Positions 8,635 through 17,871 of a DNA stretch of 64,000 bases are shown piece by piece. A model generated the notes under the pieces. That model was not told where the DNA came from, ran no database searches, and was given only the letters and a program-made list of their open reading frames with translations. Positions within the stretch are counted from its first letter, which is position 1; the number at the start of each line of letters is the position of its first letter. The DNA is from Deltaproteobacteria bacterium (GTDB lineage Bacteria > Myxococcota_A > Polyangia > Polyangiales > JADJMO01), in contig JALHOE010000001.1 in assembly GCA_022843175.1 (NCBI GenBank), positions 70,988 to 134,987 on the forward strand. The letters run 5' to 3'. The position numbers and the translations under genes were made by a program.

Positions 8635-10461
8635 ATGCGCCTCGGAACGGCGGCCACGGTCGCTTTGTTGATCTCGTGCATGGGTGTCGCGCACGCCGCG
8701 GACGCCGGCAAGCTCGCGGGCTCGCCGGTGCGCGTCGACATCACCGAGACCTCGCTCCTCAATTGGCACGGCGACAATCTCAACGCGACGCGCCGGATCG
8801 ACGACAACTACGCCGAGTGGATCAACCGCTTCAACGTCCTCGCTGTGTGGCGCGCATGGCAGCTCGGTCTGCGGCTCGACACCGCGAAGTACTGGGGCGA
8901 GCCAAACCTCGCTGAGTTCACACAGGAGAACGGCTACACCCGCCTCGAAACGAGGGACGCGGCGCGACAGCTTCCGTATCGATACCGCGACACCTTCCTC
9001 GTTCAGGGGAACTACGTGCCCGGACCGCGCGATCCATCGATCTATCCGTCGAAGTATTTCCTCTCCTACGTGAAACCGAGCTTCGAGCTCACGCTCGGCG
9101 ACGCGTACGCAGCCTTCGGGCGTGGGTTCGTGCTCAACGTTCGCAAGTTCGACGAGATCGGTGCGGACACCACCATCCAGGGCGCGAAGGTCATCGCGCG
9201 CGCGGTCGGCCCGTTCACGTTCACGGGCGTGCTTGGTCTCTCCAACCCCACGCGCGTCGACGACGCGACCGGCTTCAAGCTCGCCGACGCGCCCACGGAT
9301 CCGTGGACGCAGACATGGAGCCGCGACGCGATCCTCGGTCTTCGCGCCGAGGCACGGGCCAAACGCACGACCATCGGCGTTCACGCCGCAAACATCCGCC
9401 GCCGCGACGATCTCTTCACCGACGACCCGTCGTTCGTGCGCGACGTGACCGGCGTCGGCGCGAACGTTGCGATCCCGAAGGTCTCCGACGCGTTCCCGCT
9501 CAACGTGTACTCCGAGATCGCGCTGCAACGACGCGAGCCGTTCCCGGAGCGCAACGAGCCGACCACCGACGGATACGCGGCCTACACCGCGCTGAGCTAC
9601 ACGTCCGGCATCCTCACCACGTCGGTCGAGGGCAAACACTACCGGCACATGAACCCGGTGCGGCTCAACGCCGACAAGTCGCGGTACTTCGCCTTCCAGG
9701 CGGTCCAGTACACGGCCAACCCGACCGTCGAGTTGATCACGCAGGACTCGCTCTTCGACAACTCATGCACGACCGGTGGCCGCGTGCGCTTCGACGTGAA
9801 GCCGGTGAAGTCCTACGCGGTCTATGCGTCGGTGGGTCGCTTCGCCAACTGGCAGCAGGGCTGCGGCGCGGAGCCGACCCTCGGGATCTCTCCGGTCCTC
9901 GATGTGACCGAGCGGCGCGACATCACCGACCTCTACATCGGGTTCGATCTCCGCTCCGGGCGCGACGCGTCGTACATCACGGTGCTGATGGGCACACGCC
10001 GCGAGAACCGCGCCGACGGCAGCAGCTACTACCGCGAGGGTTGGATCCAGGCCAACGGCAGCAAGGTGCTCACGGGGCTCTGGTCGCTCGAGGTCGACGC
10101 GTGGCACCGCAACCGTTACCTCAACCTCGAGCAGTGGCGGGAGGGGCAGACCTACGTTGCGCTCAAGTACGCGTCGAAGTGGTCCGGGGTCATCGGGCAC
10201 GAGTACTCGACCCGGCCCTCGCAGATCACGCCGGTAGGCGTGGGCTCTGGCAGCGACGATCCGCTGCGCGTGCTGCGGTTCCTTCCTAACGACGGCGTGC
10301 AGCACTTCGTGAACGTCGGCGGGCAGATCAAGTTCAGCGATGCGGTGATGTTGCGCTTCCTGTTCGGCGAGCAGCGCGCCGCGCTCAAGTGCGTCAGCGG
10401 CGTCTGCCGCTTCTTCCCGGCGTTCGCCGGCGTGCGCAGCGAGCTCATCGTGCGGTACTGA
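8635..10461 (+). CDS. putative outer-membrane beta-barrel protein, family unknown
   Basis: 608-aa ORF; signal peptide (ALLISCMGVAHAADA); Tyr/Gly/Arg-rich alternating segments; C-terminal ...SELIVRY aromatic terminus. Confidence 0.5.
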   Translation: MRLGTAATVALLISCMGVAHAADAGKLAGSPVRVDITETSLLNWHGDNLNATRRIDDNYAEWINRFNVLAVWRAWQLGLRLDTAKYWGEPNLAEFTQENGYTRLETRDAARQLPYRYRDTFLVQGNYVPGPRDPSIYPSKYFLSYVKPSFELTLGDAYAAFGRGFVLNVRKFDEIGADTTIQGAKVIARAVGPFTFTGVLGLSNPTRVDDATGFKLADAPTDPWTQTWSRDAILGLRAEARAKRTTIGVHAANIRRRDDLFTDDPSFVRDVTGVGANVAIPKVSDAFPLNVYSEIALQRREPFPERNEPTTDGYAAYTALSYTSGILTTSVEGKHYRHMNPVRLNADKSRYFAFQAVQYTANPTVELITQDSLFDNSCTTGGRVRFDVKPVKSYAVYASVGRFANWQQGCGAEPTLGISPVLDVTERRDITDLYIGFDLRSGRDASYITVLMGTRRENRADGSSYYREGWIQANGSKVLTGLWSLEVDAWHRNRYLNLEQWREGQTYVALKYASKWSGVIGHEYSTRPSQITPVGVGSGSDDPLRVLRFLPNDGVQHFVNVGGQIKFSDAVMLRFLFGEQRAALKCVSGVCRFFPAFAGVRSELIVRY

Positions 10462-10474
10462 CGTGCTCCGCTCT

Positions 10475-10491
10475 GTGACCGATGCAGTCAC
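10475..10491. promoter_or_regulatory. GTGAC-N7-GTCAC dyad (copy 7), 36 bp upstream of the multicopper oxidase
   Basis: perfect; arms extend to 9 bp (ctctgtgac cgatgca gtcacagag). Confidence 0.65.
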
Positions 10492-10526
10492 AGAGCGCCG
10501 TCCGCGCATTGTGTCAGAATCGAGCG

Positions 10527-12047
10527 ATGCGCCTGATGTGGGTCCGTATCGTCGCGTTCTTGTTCGCGCTCGTCGTCGTAATGGCGTCGAGCTGCAGCGC
10601 GCGCGACGACGACAGAGCGGCCATCGTCGACGACAACCCCGGCATCACGACAGCCGTCGACAAGAACCCGGATCCGAACGTGTTCGAGATGGACCTCGTC
10701 GCAAAGGTCGCGACGGTGGAGCTCACACCGGGCAAGAAGACCAGCGCGTGGACCTACAACGGAACGGTCCCCGGACCTCTCATCGACGTCGCGGTGGGCA
10801 CGCGCCTGGTCATTCACTTCAAGAATGAGCTGCCGCAGGGCACGACGATCCACTGGCACGGCCTGCGCCTGCCGAACTCGATGGACGGTGCGCTCGTCGT
10901 GCAGAGCCCGGTCATGCCCGGCGGCACGTTCGAGTACTCCTTCGTCGTCCGCGATCCGGGCCTGTACTGGTTCCATCCGCACCATCGATCGGACACCCAA
11001 ATCGAGCGCGGTCTGTACGGCGTGATTCGCGTGCGCGGACCGAACGAGCCGCGCGTAGATCACGAGCATGTGCTGGTGCTCGATGACATCCGCTTGCAGG
11101 GTGACGGCGCGCTCCCACCCGATCTCGACGACTACGCGCAGTTGCCGCTCGATCTGAAGCTGCACGGGCGTTGGAGCGACACGCTCCTGGTCAACGGCAG
11201 GACGGATCGCACGCTCACGCTTCAATCGGGAGCGGTCCACCGTTTCCGCTTCCTCAACACTGCGAACCTTCGGTACTTCAACCTCACCGTCCCCGGTCAC
11301 AAGTTCCGCGTGATCGGCACCGACGGCAGCCTGTTCGAGAGGCCGTATGACGCGACCCACATCCTGATCGGGCCGTCGGAGCGCTACGACGCGTTGCTCA
11401 TCCCCAACGCCGCCGTCGGTAAGGAGGTGTCTCTCACGAGCGACGCGTTCGAGCGCGCGGAGGATGATACGCCGCAGCCCTCGGTGACCGTGCTCAAGAC
11501 GAAAATCGGTTCGAGTGTCACCGGCCGCGCGCTGCCCGATGCGCTCCCTGGCGTTGGCGTTCCTCGGATCGCGGTGCCAGATGGCGAACCATCGCTCATC
11601 GAGTTCGATCAGGGCACCCAGGGCGGTCCGGAGGGCTACACCCTACCGCCCGAGGAGCACGATCCGATCGTCGGACAGAACGGCGATCCGATCTTCGTCA
11701 TCAACAAGAAGGCCGGCGCCGACATCCCGCCGATCGAGGTGAAGCTCGGCGAGACGAAGAAGTTCAAGATCCACAACGTCAGCCACCAGATCCACGTCTT
11801 CCACCTGCACGGGTTCTTCTTCCAGATCGTCGACACCGACGACCTCTACGATCCCGTCAAGAAGCCGTTCGCGCTGCGACGCGAGCTGATGGACCAGGCG
11901 CAGAAGGACTCCGTCACCGTGCGCAGCGGGTTCAGCGTGACGGTCGTCGCGAAGTTCGACGAGGAGCCCGGCCGCTGGATGTATCACTGCCACATCCCCG
12001 AGCACTCCGAGCGCGGGATGATGTCCGAGATCCGGGTGGTGAAGTAG
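10527..12047 (+). CDS. three-domain multicopper oxidase (CueO/CopA-like) lipoprotein
   Basis: copper-ligand motifs HWHGLRLP, WFHPHH, VFHLHGFFF, HCHIPEHSERGMM; lipobox MASSC after the internal ATG at 10527. Confidence 0.9.
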   Translation: MRLMWVRIVAFLFALVVVMASSCSARDDDRAAIVDDNPGITTAVDKNPDPNVFEMDLVAKVATVELTPGKKTSAWTYNGTVPGPLIDVAVGTRLVIHFKNELPQGTTIHWHGLRLPNSMDGALVVQSPVMPGGTFEYSFVVRDPGLYWFHPHHRSDTQIERGLYGVIRVRGPNEPRVDHEHVLVLDDIRLQGDGALPPDLDDYAQLPLDLKLHGRWSDTLLVNGRTDRTLTLQSGAVHRFRFLNTANLRYFNLTVPGHKFRVIGTDGSLFERPYDATHILIGPSERYDALLIPNAAVGKEVSLTSDAFERAEDDTPQPSVTVLKTKIGSSVTGRALPDALPGVGVPRIAVPDGEPSLIEFDQGTQGGPEGYTLPPEEHDPIVGQNGDPIFVINKKAGADIPPIEVKLGETKKFKIHNVSHQIHVFHLHGFFFQIVDTDDLYDPVKKPFALRRELMDQAQKDSVTVRSGFSVTVVAKFDEEPGRWMYHCHIPEHSERGMMSEIRVVK

Positions 12048-12062
12048 CACTGGGAGCTTCGC

Positions 12063-12578
12063 ATGAAGGGATCGCTGCAGCTCGCATTCACGCTTGTAAT
12101 CGTCGTACTCATTGCCGGCTGCGGCGGAGCCGTCGCGAACGATCTCGGCGGATCAGACGCCGCGATCGACACCGCGGACGCGAGCGATGGGTCGTCGAGG
12201 GGCGCCGTGCGCTGTGGGACGGCAACGTGCGCCAGCGGGGAGGTCTGCGCCGTAAGTGCCGATGGGTCGGGGCAGTGTTACGTGCGAGGCAGCGAGCCGC
12301 TCCCCGGCAAGGCGCCGTTCCCCTGGCCATCCATCCTGCTTTATTGCGACGGCGATGACGACTGCGCAGCGGGCACCCGGTGCGTGGTTTCCCACGGAGA
12401 GGTGTTCCGCGCCGAGTGCCTGCCGGAGAGCGGAACGTGCGCGGCGCACGCGGGGCACGTCTGTTCCGATGACCGCGATTGCCACACCTGTCCGAACCCT
12501 GGAGATCCCGACAACCGGTTCACCTGCAAGCCGCTGCGCGTCGCCGGCGCGCCCGACCTCCACGCCTGCTCGCTGTGA
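12063..12578 (+). CDS. Cys-rich lipoprotein (Myxococcus-type cysteine-rich repeats)
   Basis: lipobox LIAGC; motifs CDGDDDCAAGTRC and CSDDRDCHTC; GGGAG upstream of the ATG. Confidence 0.7.
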   Translation: MKGSLQLAFTLVIVVLIAGCGGAVANDLGGSDAAIDTADASDGSSRGAVRCGTATCASGEVCAVSADGSGQCYVRGSEPLPGKAPFPWPSILLYCDGDDDCAAGTRCVVSHGEVFRAECLPESGTCAAHAGHVCSDDRDCHTCPNPGDPDNRFTCKPLRVAGAPDLHACSL

Positions 12579-12590
12579 CGTTCACCTCGA

Positions 12591-13283
12591 TCAGTCCGGA
12601 AGCGCCTTCAGCTTCGGGATCATCTCGCGCTCGGTGATGCTCGGCGGCTTGCCCTTGGCGACGATCTTCATCGTCGCGCGCTCGACAATATAGGTGTTCA
12701 TCTTCACGCCGAGCGTCTTCTTGGCGTTGAAGTCGGCGCCGTCCGGATCGCGGACGACCGTGAACGGCAGCTTCAGGCCGTTGATCCAGCCGGACACCTG
12801 CGCCTTCGTCGTCGGGTTATCCGGCGTCGTGCCCTCGAGCAAGACATTCACGAACATCGCCTTGCCCATCAGCTCGGCGTACTGCGCGCCCCCAGAGGTC
12901 AACGTCTCGCCGGTCATCGGGTCCGTACCATGCGCCACCGAACTGGTGGCGTTGCGGCAGATGCCTCACCAATATGCCGACGTCCAGATGAACGCGTACT
13001 TCTGTGTGCCCTGCGCGACGATCTCGGAGAGCTTCGCCGAGATGTAGGGAGCTGACGTTGCCAGGCCCGTCGCGACGCCATCGCGCACGTAACCCTCGAG
13101 CGGGAGATCGCAGAGGATGTCGCCGACGTTGGTGCCGCACGCGGGAGGCGTCTCCTCGACCGCGACGTCCTCGGCCGGTGCGTCTTCCGCTGCCACTCCG
13201 GTATCGGTGCCGGGACCGCTCGGCGAGCTCGTGCCGCAGCTCATCAAAGCTGTGAAGGAGAGAGCGATGAACAGACGACGCAT
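12591..13283 (-). CDS. thioredoxin-fold lipoprotein with in-frame UGA at the CxxC position (W-U-G-I-C); probable selenoprotein
   Basis: Track ORFs 12966-13289 and 12591-12938 are in the same frame, separated only by TGA (12966-12968). Read-through gives ...KYAFIWTSAYW-U-GICRNATSS..., which aligns with ...RYMVLNVAAFWCSPCKEEAKEM... of the 7365 paralog. Downstream blocks also align (MFVNVLLEG / VAFLTIVLED; ATMKIVAKG / QTMKIVTKV). Lipobox ALMSC after ATG 13283. Confidence 0.75.
12926..12959 (-). promoter_or_regulatory. putative bacterial SECIS hairpin
   Basis: mRNA UGCC GCAA CGCCACC AGUUC GGUGGCG CAU GGUA. It forms a 7-bp GC-rich upper stem, a 5-nt loop with GU, an internal loop and a 4-bp lower stem. 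It starts 7 nt after the UGA, and the loop lies about 21 nt after the UGA. Confidence 0.6.
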
Positions 13284-13322
13284 GATCACTTCCTACCTCG
13301 CTTTCCGGGGTACAGCCACACG

Positions 13323-14231
13323 TCACGATTTCGGGCGAACGCCGATCCACGTGAGGAGAGTGATGCCCTCGCCGGCGTCGGTCTGGATCTTTCCGCCGAC
13401 CACCTTAGCGGTCGCCTGTGCGACCGCCTTGCCGGCCGTGCGATCCTTTACGAAGTCGCTGCCCAGCGCGAAGATCTCCACCGCGGTGCCCTCCGCCAGG
13501 CCGCCGTTGTTCGCGATGGTCACGCCCACCTTCTTGGAGAATTTCGCGTCGAACGGCATCGCGCCGTAGAGCAGCGCTGGCGCGGGCTCCTTGGCGAACG
13601 CGGGAGTGTCCTTCGCGGCGACCTTGACGATGCGGAGCTCCTCGCCCTTCTCCTTGAGCTCGATGTCCTCGAGATCGAGCTCGACGGCCGTGCCGGCCGG
13701 GAACGTCAGCGTCACCTCGGAGGACGTGACCGACGCCTCTGACAGCACCGTGCGCGACGCCGCGTCAATTGGAAGTCGCGGGCCGGTCATGGGAGGGATG
13801 GGAAGCACCATGAGCGTGGGCAGCACGATGGCGCGCGTTGGACCCAGGGGGAGCTTCTCGAAGAGTCCGACGTATTCGGGACGACCGTGCACGTATGCCG
13901 CGAAATTCGCGACGTTGATGAAGTTGTCGACCTTGGCGACGAACGTTCCGTCGGCGTTCGTCTGTGCGTAGAAGCAGACGCTCCCGCACACCGAGACCAC
14001 CTTCTTCGCGAGCGGCGCGCCGGTCGTGTCGATCGCCTTCCCGCTGACCGTCTCCACACACTGCGCGGCCGGATCATCGGACGGTTCCGAGCACGGCGGC
14101 GCGGGCGTTGAGTCGCGACCGGCATCGCGAGCATCGCCGCCCGCGTCTGTGTTCGAGGGCACAGCGGCATCCGGCGTCGAGCTGCAGCCAGCGAACACGA
14201 GCGCCGTTGCGAATGCGAGCGATGAACGCAT
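13323..14231 (-). CDS. lipoprotein of unknown function
   Basis: ATG at 14231 gives MRSSLAFATALVFAGC lipobox; long ORF with coding-like composition; directly upstream of the selenoprotein gene. Confidence 0.55.
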   Translation of the reverse strand: MRSSLAFATALVFAGCSSTPDAAVPSNTDAGGDARDAGRDSTPAPPCSEPSDDPAAQCVETVSGKAIDTTGAPLAKKVVSVCGSVCFYAQTNADGTFVAKVDNFINVANFAAYVHGRPEYVGLFEKLPLGPTRAIVLPTLMVLPIPPMTGPRLPIDAASRTVLSEASVTSSEVTLTFPAGTAVELDLEDIELKEKGEELRIVKVAAKDTPAFAKEPAPALLYGAMPFDAKFSKKVGVTIANNGGLAEGTAVEIFALGSDFVKDRTAGKAVAQATAKVVGGKIQTDAGEGITLLTWIGVRPKS

Positions 14232-14271
14232 GAGGAACGCGCAAGCTAGCACCTGCGATCCCCCGGCGTGA

Positions 14272-14288
14272 GTGACCGGATGGGTTAC
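14272..14288. promoter_or_regulatory. GTGAC-N7-GTTAC dyad (one mismatch)
   Basis: gtgaccggatgggttac; 41 bp upstream of ATG 14231 (minus strand). Confidence 0.4.
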
Positions 14289-14438
14289 ACGATCATCTCG
14301 CGCCGCGCTCGCGAACCTGCGCGATCACTAACTGCACGTTCGACAAGATCGTCCTCTGAAACCTCCTGCGAGTGCAGGGGCTCGTCACGGTGCGCGCGAC
14401 TGGGGACCACCCTCTCCCGCGCGGTGAATGCGTCGGGG

Positions 14439-15365
14439 TCAGCGGCTCACTTCGTAGTGCCCGATCATCCCGCCTTCCATGTGGTCGGGCACGTGGCAGT
14501 GGACCATCCACGTGCCGGGGTTGTCCTCGATCCACTCGAACGTTGAGAACGTTCCGGGACCGAGGTTGATGTTGTCGGTCATGACGCCGTCGTTGCCGAT
14601 CCAGCGATGACCGTGGACATGGAACGTGTGGAACTCGCGACCGATGCTCACGACGCCCCAGCGAACCTTCTGACCAACCTTCGCAGTGAAGGGGGGTACC
14701 CACTCCTCGTAGGCACGACCGTTCAACGTGTGCATGAAGCCGTGACCGCCGCGGAACTCACCGTCCGTGATGACGCCCGCGTCGTCGGCGGTGCCCGGGA
14801 TGGTCTTGTACCGATTCAGGTCCATGTCCATCAGCACGACCGCGTTGAACACGTCTGGTTTGTCGTCGGGCGGATGCACGACGAGCGCGCCGACGAGACC
14901 GGCGGTGAGGCCGCCGGACTCGCCCTCGCTGCCGCCGGCGTGATCGTGATAGGGGAACGTGCCCGCGAATGAGGCGTTCCAGACGACGGTGACGCGGCCG
15001 CCCGGTGGCGCCACGCCGCCCTTCACGCCGTCGCTGTTCGTATCGAACTCGACGATGTGCGTGTGCGCCGAGTGCGGCTCCTTCGTCTCGTTGATCAGCG
15101 TGATCTCGACGCGATCGCCGGCGGTGACCTCGAGCACGGGCCCTGGAACGCGCTTGTTGTACCCGATGGCCTGGTAGATCGCGCCGGGGGCGACCTCCCA
15201 GTCGAACTCAGAGATCGTCAACTCGAACTTCTTCGTCACGCCGGTCGACGGGTAGCGCTTCGTGTTGGTCCGGACGCCGTTGCCCTGAACCGGAGCAGTC
15301 TCCTTCTCGCCGTCACAAGCCGAGAGCGCGACGAAACACGCGAGGACGAGCGCGCGTCGCTTCAT
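14439..15365 (-). CDS. two-domain multicopper oxidase lipoprotein (small-laccase/NirK-like fold)
   Basis: MKRRALVLACFVALSAC lipobox; ligand motifs HSAHTH, YHDHAGG, HTFHVHGHRW, HCHVPDHMEGGM; its ATG overlaps the upstream stop (ATGA). Confidence 0.85.
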   Translation of the reverse strand: MKRRALVLACFVALSACDGEKETAPVQGNGVRTNTKRYPSTGVTKKFELTISEFDWEVAPGAIYQAIGYNKRVPGPVLEVTAGDRVEITLINETKEPHSAHTHIVEFDTNSDGVKGGVAPPGGRVTVVWNASFAGTFPYHDHAGGSEGESGGLTAGLVGALVVHPPDDKPDVFNAVVLMDMDLNRYKTIPGTADDAGVITDGEFRGGHGFMHTLNGRAYEEWVPPFTAKVGQKVRWGVVSIGREFHTFHVHGHRWIGNDGVMTDNINLGPGTFSTFEWIEDNPGTWMVHCHVPDHMEGGMIGHYEVSR

Positions 15366-15811
15366 TTGCTGCACTTCTCCGGCGATAGATCCGACGCCTC
15401 GGTGCCGCGGAACGTCTTCACCGTCCAGCAATACTTGACGGTCGTCCCGGGAGCGGCGGCGTCGTGCCAGTCCTTGGCCGTCCCGGCGAACGTCTTGACG
15501 AGGGTCGCCGCGGCTCCATCGTTGCTGCGCCACAGCTCGATCTTCGTGAGCGCGGTGTCGTTCGCGGCCCAGGTGACATGCCATGCCCCCGCCATCGGCA
15601 TCACGTTCGTGATGGTGGGCGTCGCGGGCTTTCCCGACGGCGCGTCGGCTGGCGCGCCGGTGTCCGACACGATCGCGGTGTCGTCGCTCGCACCGTCGGT
15701 GCCGACGTCCTCGACAGCGTGCGCAGCGTCGTGACCTTCGGTCGAGGGATCATGCGTGCTCGAGCAACCCATTGCCGCGACCAACACGATCAGCATCCAG
15801 TTCCCGGACAT
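15362..15811 (-). CDS. lipoprotein, possibly FN3/Ig-like, co-translated with the two-domain MCO
   Basis: internal ATG 15811 gives MSGNWMLIVLVAAMGC lipobox; C-terminal beta-rich domain (HVTWAANDTALTKIELWRSNDG); stop overlaps the MCO start. Confidence 0.5.
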   Translation of the reverse strand: MSGNWMLIVLVAAMGCSSTHDPSTEGHDAAHAVEDVGTDGASDDTAIVSDTGAPADAPSGKPATPTITNVMPMAGAWHVTWAANDTALTKIELWRSNDGAAATLVKTFAGTAKDWHDAAAPGTTVKYCWTVKTFRGTEASDLSPEKCSK

Positions 15812-15910
15812 GGCAACCACCTTGTGCAGCTCGATCGCAACGAACGTCGATGCGAAGCGGGGGCTCGTTATGCCGGTCGCTTCCCGCATGCGCAACCCTG
15901 CGGTTTGCAT

Positions 15911-15927
15911 GTGACCGTGTCAGTCAC
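15911..15927. promoter_or_regulatory. GTGAC-N7-GTCAC dyad (copy 8)
   Basis: perfect gtgaccgtgtcagtcac; 100 bp upstream of ATG 15811. Confidence 0.6.
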
Positions 15928-15943
15928 AACTCTTCGCCTGGTG

Positions 15944-17758
15944 TCACTCCGGCGCGGCGGTGAGTACCTGCATGAACGTCGTCAACTCGACGATGTGGCC
16001 GTCGACGAACTTACCCACCCATGGCTCGGTCTCGCCCGCCGTCCGAGGATCGTCGGCTTTCAGGCCGGCTGTGCTGTAGACCTTGATGACCTCTTCCATC
16101 GTCGCGAGGGAGCCGCCGTGCCCGTACGGTCCAGTTGATGTCGTCCCGCGAAGCGGCGGCGTCTTGAATGCACCGACGGCCCACGAGCCCGACTTCAGGA
16201 CTGCGAGCGATGGCCGTGCGCTCGGAGCGTCGCTGAACAGGCCGTCGCTGCGGAACTCGCTCGCGAGCAACGTTGCGATCCCGGGTGCCCGTCCCTCGTC
16301 GGGCTTACCGTCGCTCCGGCCGGTGGGAAACCGCACGATGTGAAACGCATCATCGGTGAGACGCGGTCCGTAATGGCACTGCACGCAACCGGCCGAGAAG
16401 AAGGTGCGCAGTCCGGCCTTCTGGTCCGGTGTCAGCGCGAGTGACTCGCCGTCGATATAGCGATCGAGAGCGTTCGGCTTCGCGCGGAGCGTCCGTTCGA
16501 ACGCGGCGATTGCTTTGGCTACGTTGGCGAAGACCCGCGTCGCGGCAGTCTGATCGCTCGCCGTCATCGCGGCCCACCCGGGATCGCCTGGTTTCCCGTT
16601 CGCTGGGAAACGCGTCGTGTCCGCGAGCGCGGGCAGCGGTCCGAACACGGCCTCGTACGCTGCGCGATATCGATCGTAGATCGCGTGCGCGACGAACAGC
16701 CGGTTCGATCCGAACTCTGCCGGGTTCTCGAACGGTCCCGTAGCCTGCGCCCACAGCGTGTCGGCGCGACCGTCCCAGAACTGCCAGCGCGCGTGGCTCG
16801 CGAAGAGGACCGAGGGGGAGTTGCGGTCCCCGGTGCCGACGCCAGTTGAACGACCGCGTCCATCCGCGAACGACTTCGCGGGATCGTGACATGTTGCGCA
16901 TGACACCGTTCCCGACGGCGAGAGCGATGCATCGGAGAAGAGCTGCCGGCCGAGCGTCGCGGCGGCCGGATCATCGGCCTTGCTGTTCGTCGGGTCGGGT
17001 GGAGGAGCGCCCGGCAATTTCATCTCGCGAAGAAGGTCCCACCGCTTCGGCGACAGACCATCGATGCGCGTCGGCAGCTTCGGGGACTCGGGTTTGCGCC
17101 CATCGAGCCGCGCCAGCTCCGAGCGAAGCCGGTCCACAATCTCCTCGCGATCGGGATCGTCCATCGCGACGAGTATCTTCATCGTGCGCGTGTCGATGAG
17201 GACGAACGTCGGCAGGGAGGCGGGCGACAGCCGCGCCGGCGCGAGTCGAAAGCTCGGGTCGATCCCTACGCGCGGCTGCGCGTCGAGCTGCGCGCGGTAG
17301 GCGGGGATGTCGGCAACGGTCGCCGGAACGTTGTCGTCGTTCGCGACCAACAGGTCGAGCAGCAGGACCCGATCGCTCACGTCGGAGGTCAGAAGTTCCT
17401 TCGTCCGCTTCGCGTCCCAGCGGCACGTTCCGCACCATCCAGCCATCACGCGGATGACGAGGAGACGCGATCGTGCCGCGCACGGCTCGAAGTACTCGCG
17501 AAGCGCGAACGAGCGGGGCGTCCCATCGGCGTCCGTGCCGTCGAACGTCATGTCCGGGATCACCGCGCCCATGGCCACCTGGTAGTCGGCGCGCGGATAC
17601 TCGCCGTCCACACTCTTGCCATCTACGCACAGAGCTCGAGGAGCATCTGTCCCGACGTCAACGCCGGTTTCCGCCGCGCCCGCATCGTTTGGCGCGGACG
17701 AAGAGTTGCCGCACGCGGCGGCGAGGATGCACGCGATGAGAGAAGCGAGAGCTCGCAC
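15944..17758 (-). CDS. fusion lipoprotein: N-terminal thioredoxin-fold domain (WCGTC) plus C-terminal di-heme cytochrome c peroxidase/MauG-family domain
   Basis: VMAGWCGTCRWDAKRT in the N-terminal third. Two CxxCH heme motifs (SCATCHDP, GCVQCHYGP) with CCP-like spacing. Start placed at GTG 17758 (MRALASLIACILAAAC lipobox). The track start at 17830 would cover the dyad. Confidence 0.8.
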   Translation of the reverse strand: MRALASLIACILAAACGNSSSAPNDAGAAETGVDVGTDAPRALCVDGKSVDGEYPRADYQVAMGAVIPDMTFDGTDADGTPRSFALREYFEPCAARSRLLVIRVMAGWCGTCRWDAKRTKELLTSDVSDRVLLLDLLVANDDNVPATVADIPAYRAQLDAQPRVGIDPSFRLAPARLSPASLPTFVLIDTRTMKILVAMDDPDREEIVDRLRSELARLDGRKPESPKLPTRIDGLSPKRWDLLREMKLPGAPPPDPTNSKADDPAAATLGRQLFSDASLSPSGTVSCATCHDPAKSFADGRGRSTGVGTGDRNSPSVLFASHARWQFWDGRADTLWAQATGPFENPAEFGSNRLFVAHAIYDRYRAAYEAVFGPLPALADTTRFPANGKPGDPGWAAMTASDQTAATRVFANVAKAIAAFERTLRAKPNALDRYIDGESLALTPDQKAGLRTFFSAGCVQCHYGPRLTDDAFHIVRFPTGRSDGKPDEGRAPGIATLLASEFRSDGLFSDAPSARPSLAVLKSGSWAVGAFKTPPLRGTTSTGPYGHGGSLATMEEVIKVYSTAGLKADDPRTAGETEPWVGKFVDGHIVELTTFMQVLTAAPE

Positions 17759-17806
17759 GGCCGCGAAAGCTACCGCGCTTCCGCGAGGTGCGCCCGCGTT
17801 GCCGGT

Positions 17807-17823
17807 GTGACCGGCGGGGTCAC
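17807..17823. promoter_or_regulatory. GTGAC-N7-GTCAC dyad (copy 9), centred in a divergent promoter region
   Basis: perfect gtgaccggcggggtcac; about 48 bp from both the 17758 (-) and 17872 (+) starts. Confidence 0.65.
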
Positions 17824-17871
17824 GTGCCAACGCTCCGACCGCTGCTACGGTTGACCTGGAGGTTGAAGGTC

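Noticed and set aside
13290-13325. The TGA stop of the 13323-14231 lipoprotein gene is in the same frame as the downstream selenoprotein gene, raising the possibility of a second read-through.
   Set aside because: An in-frame TAG (13293-13295) lies between them, and the downstream gene has its own SD, ATG and lipobox.
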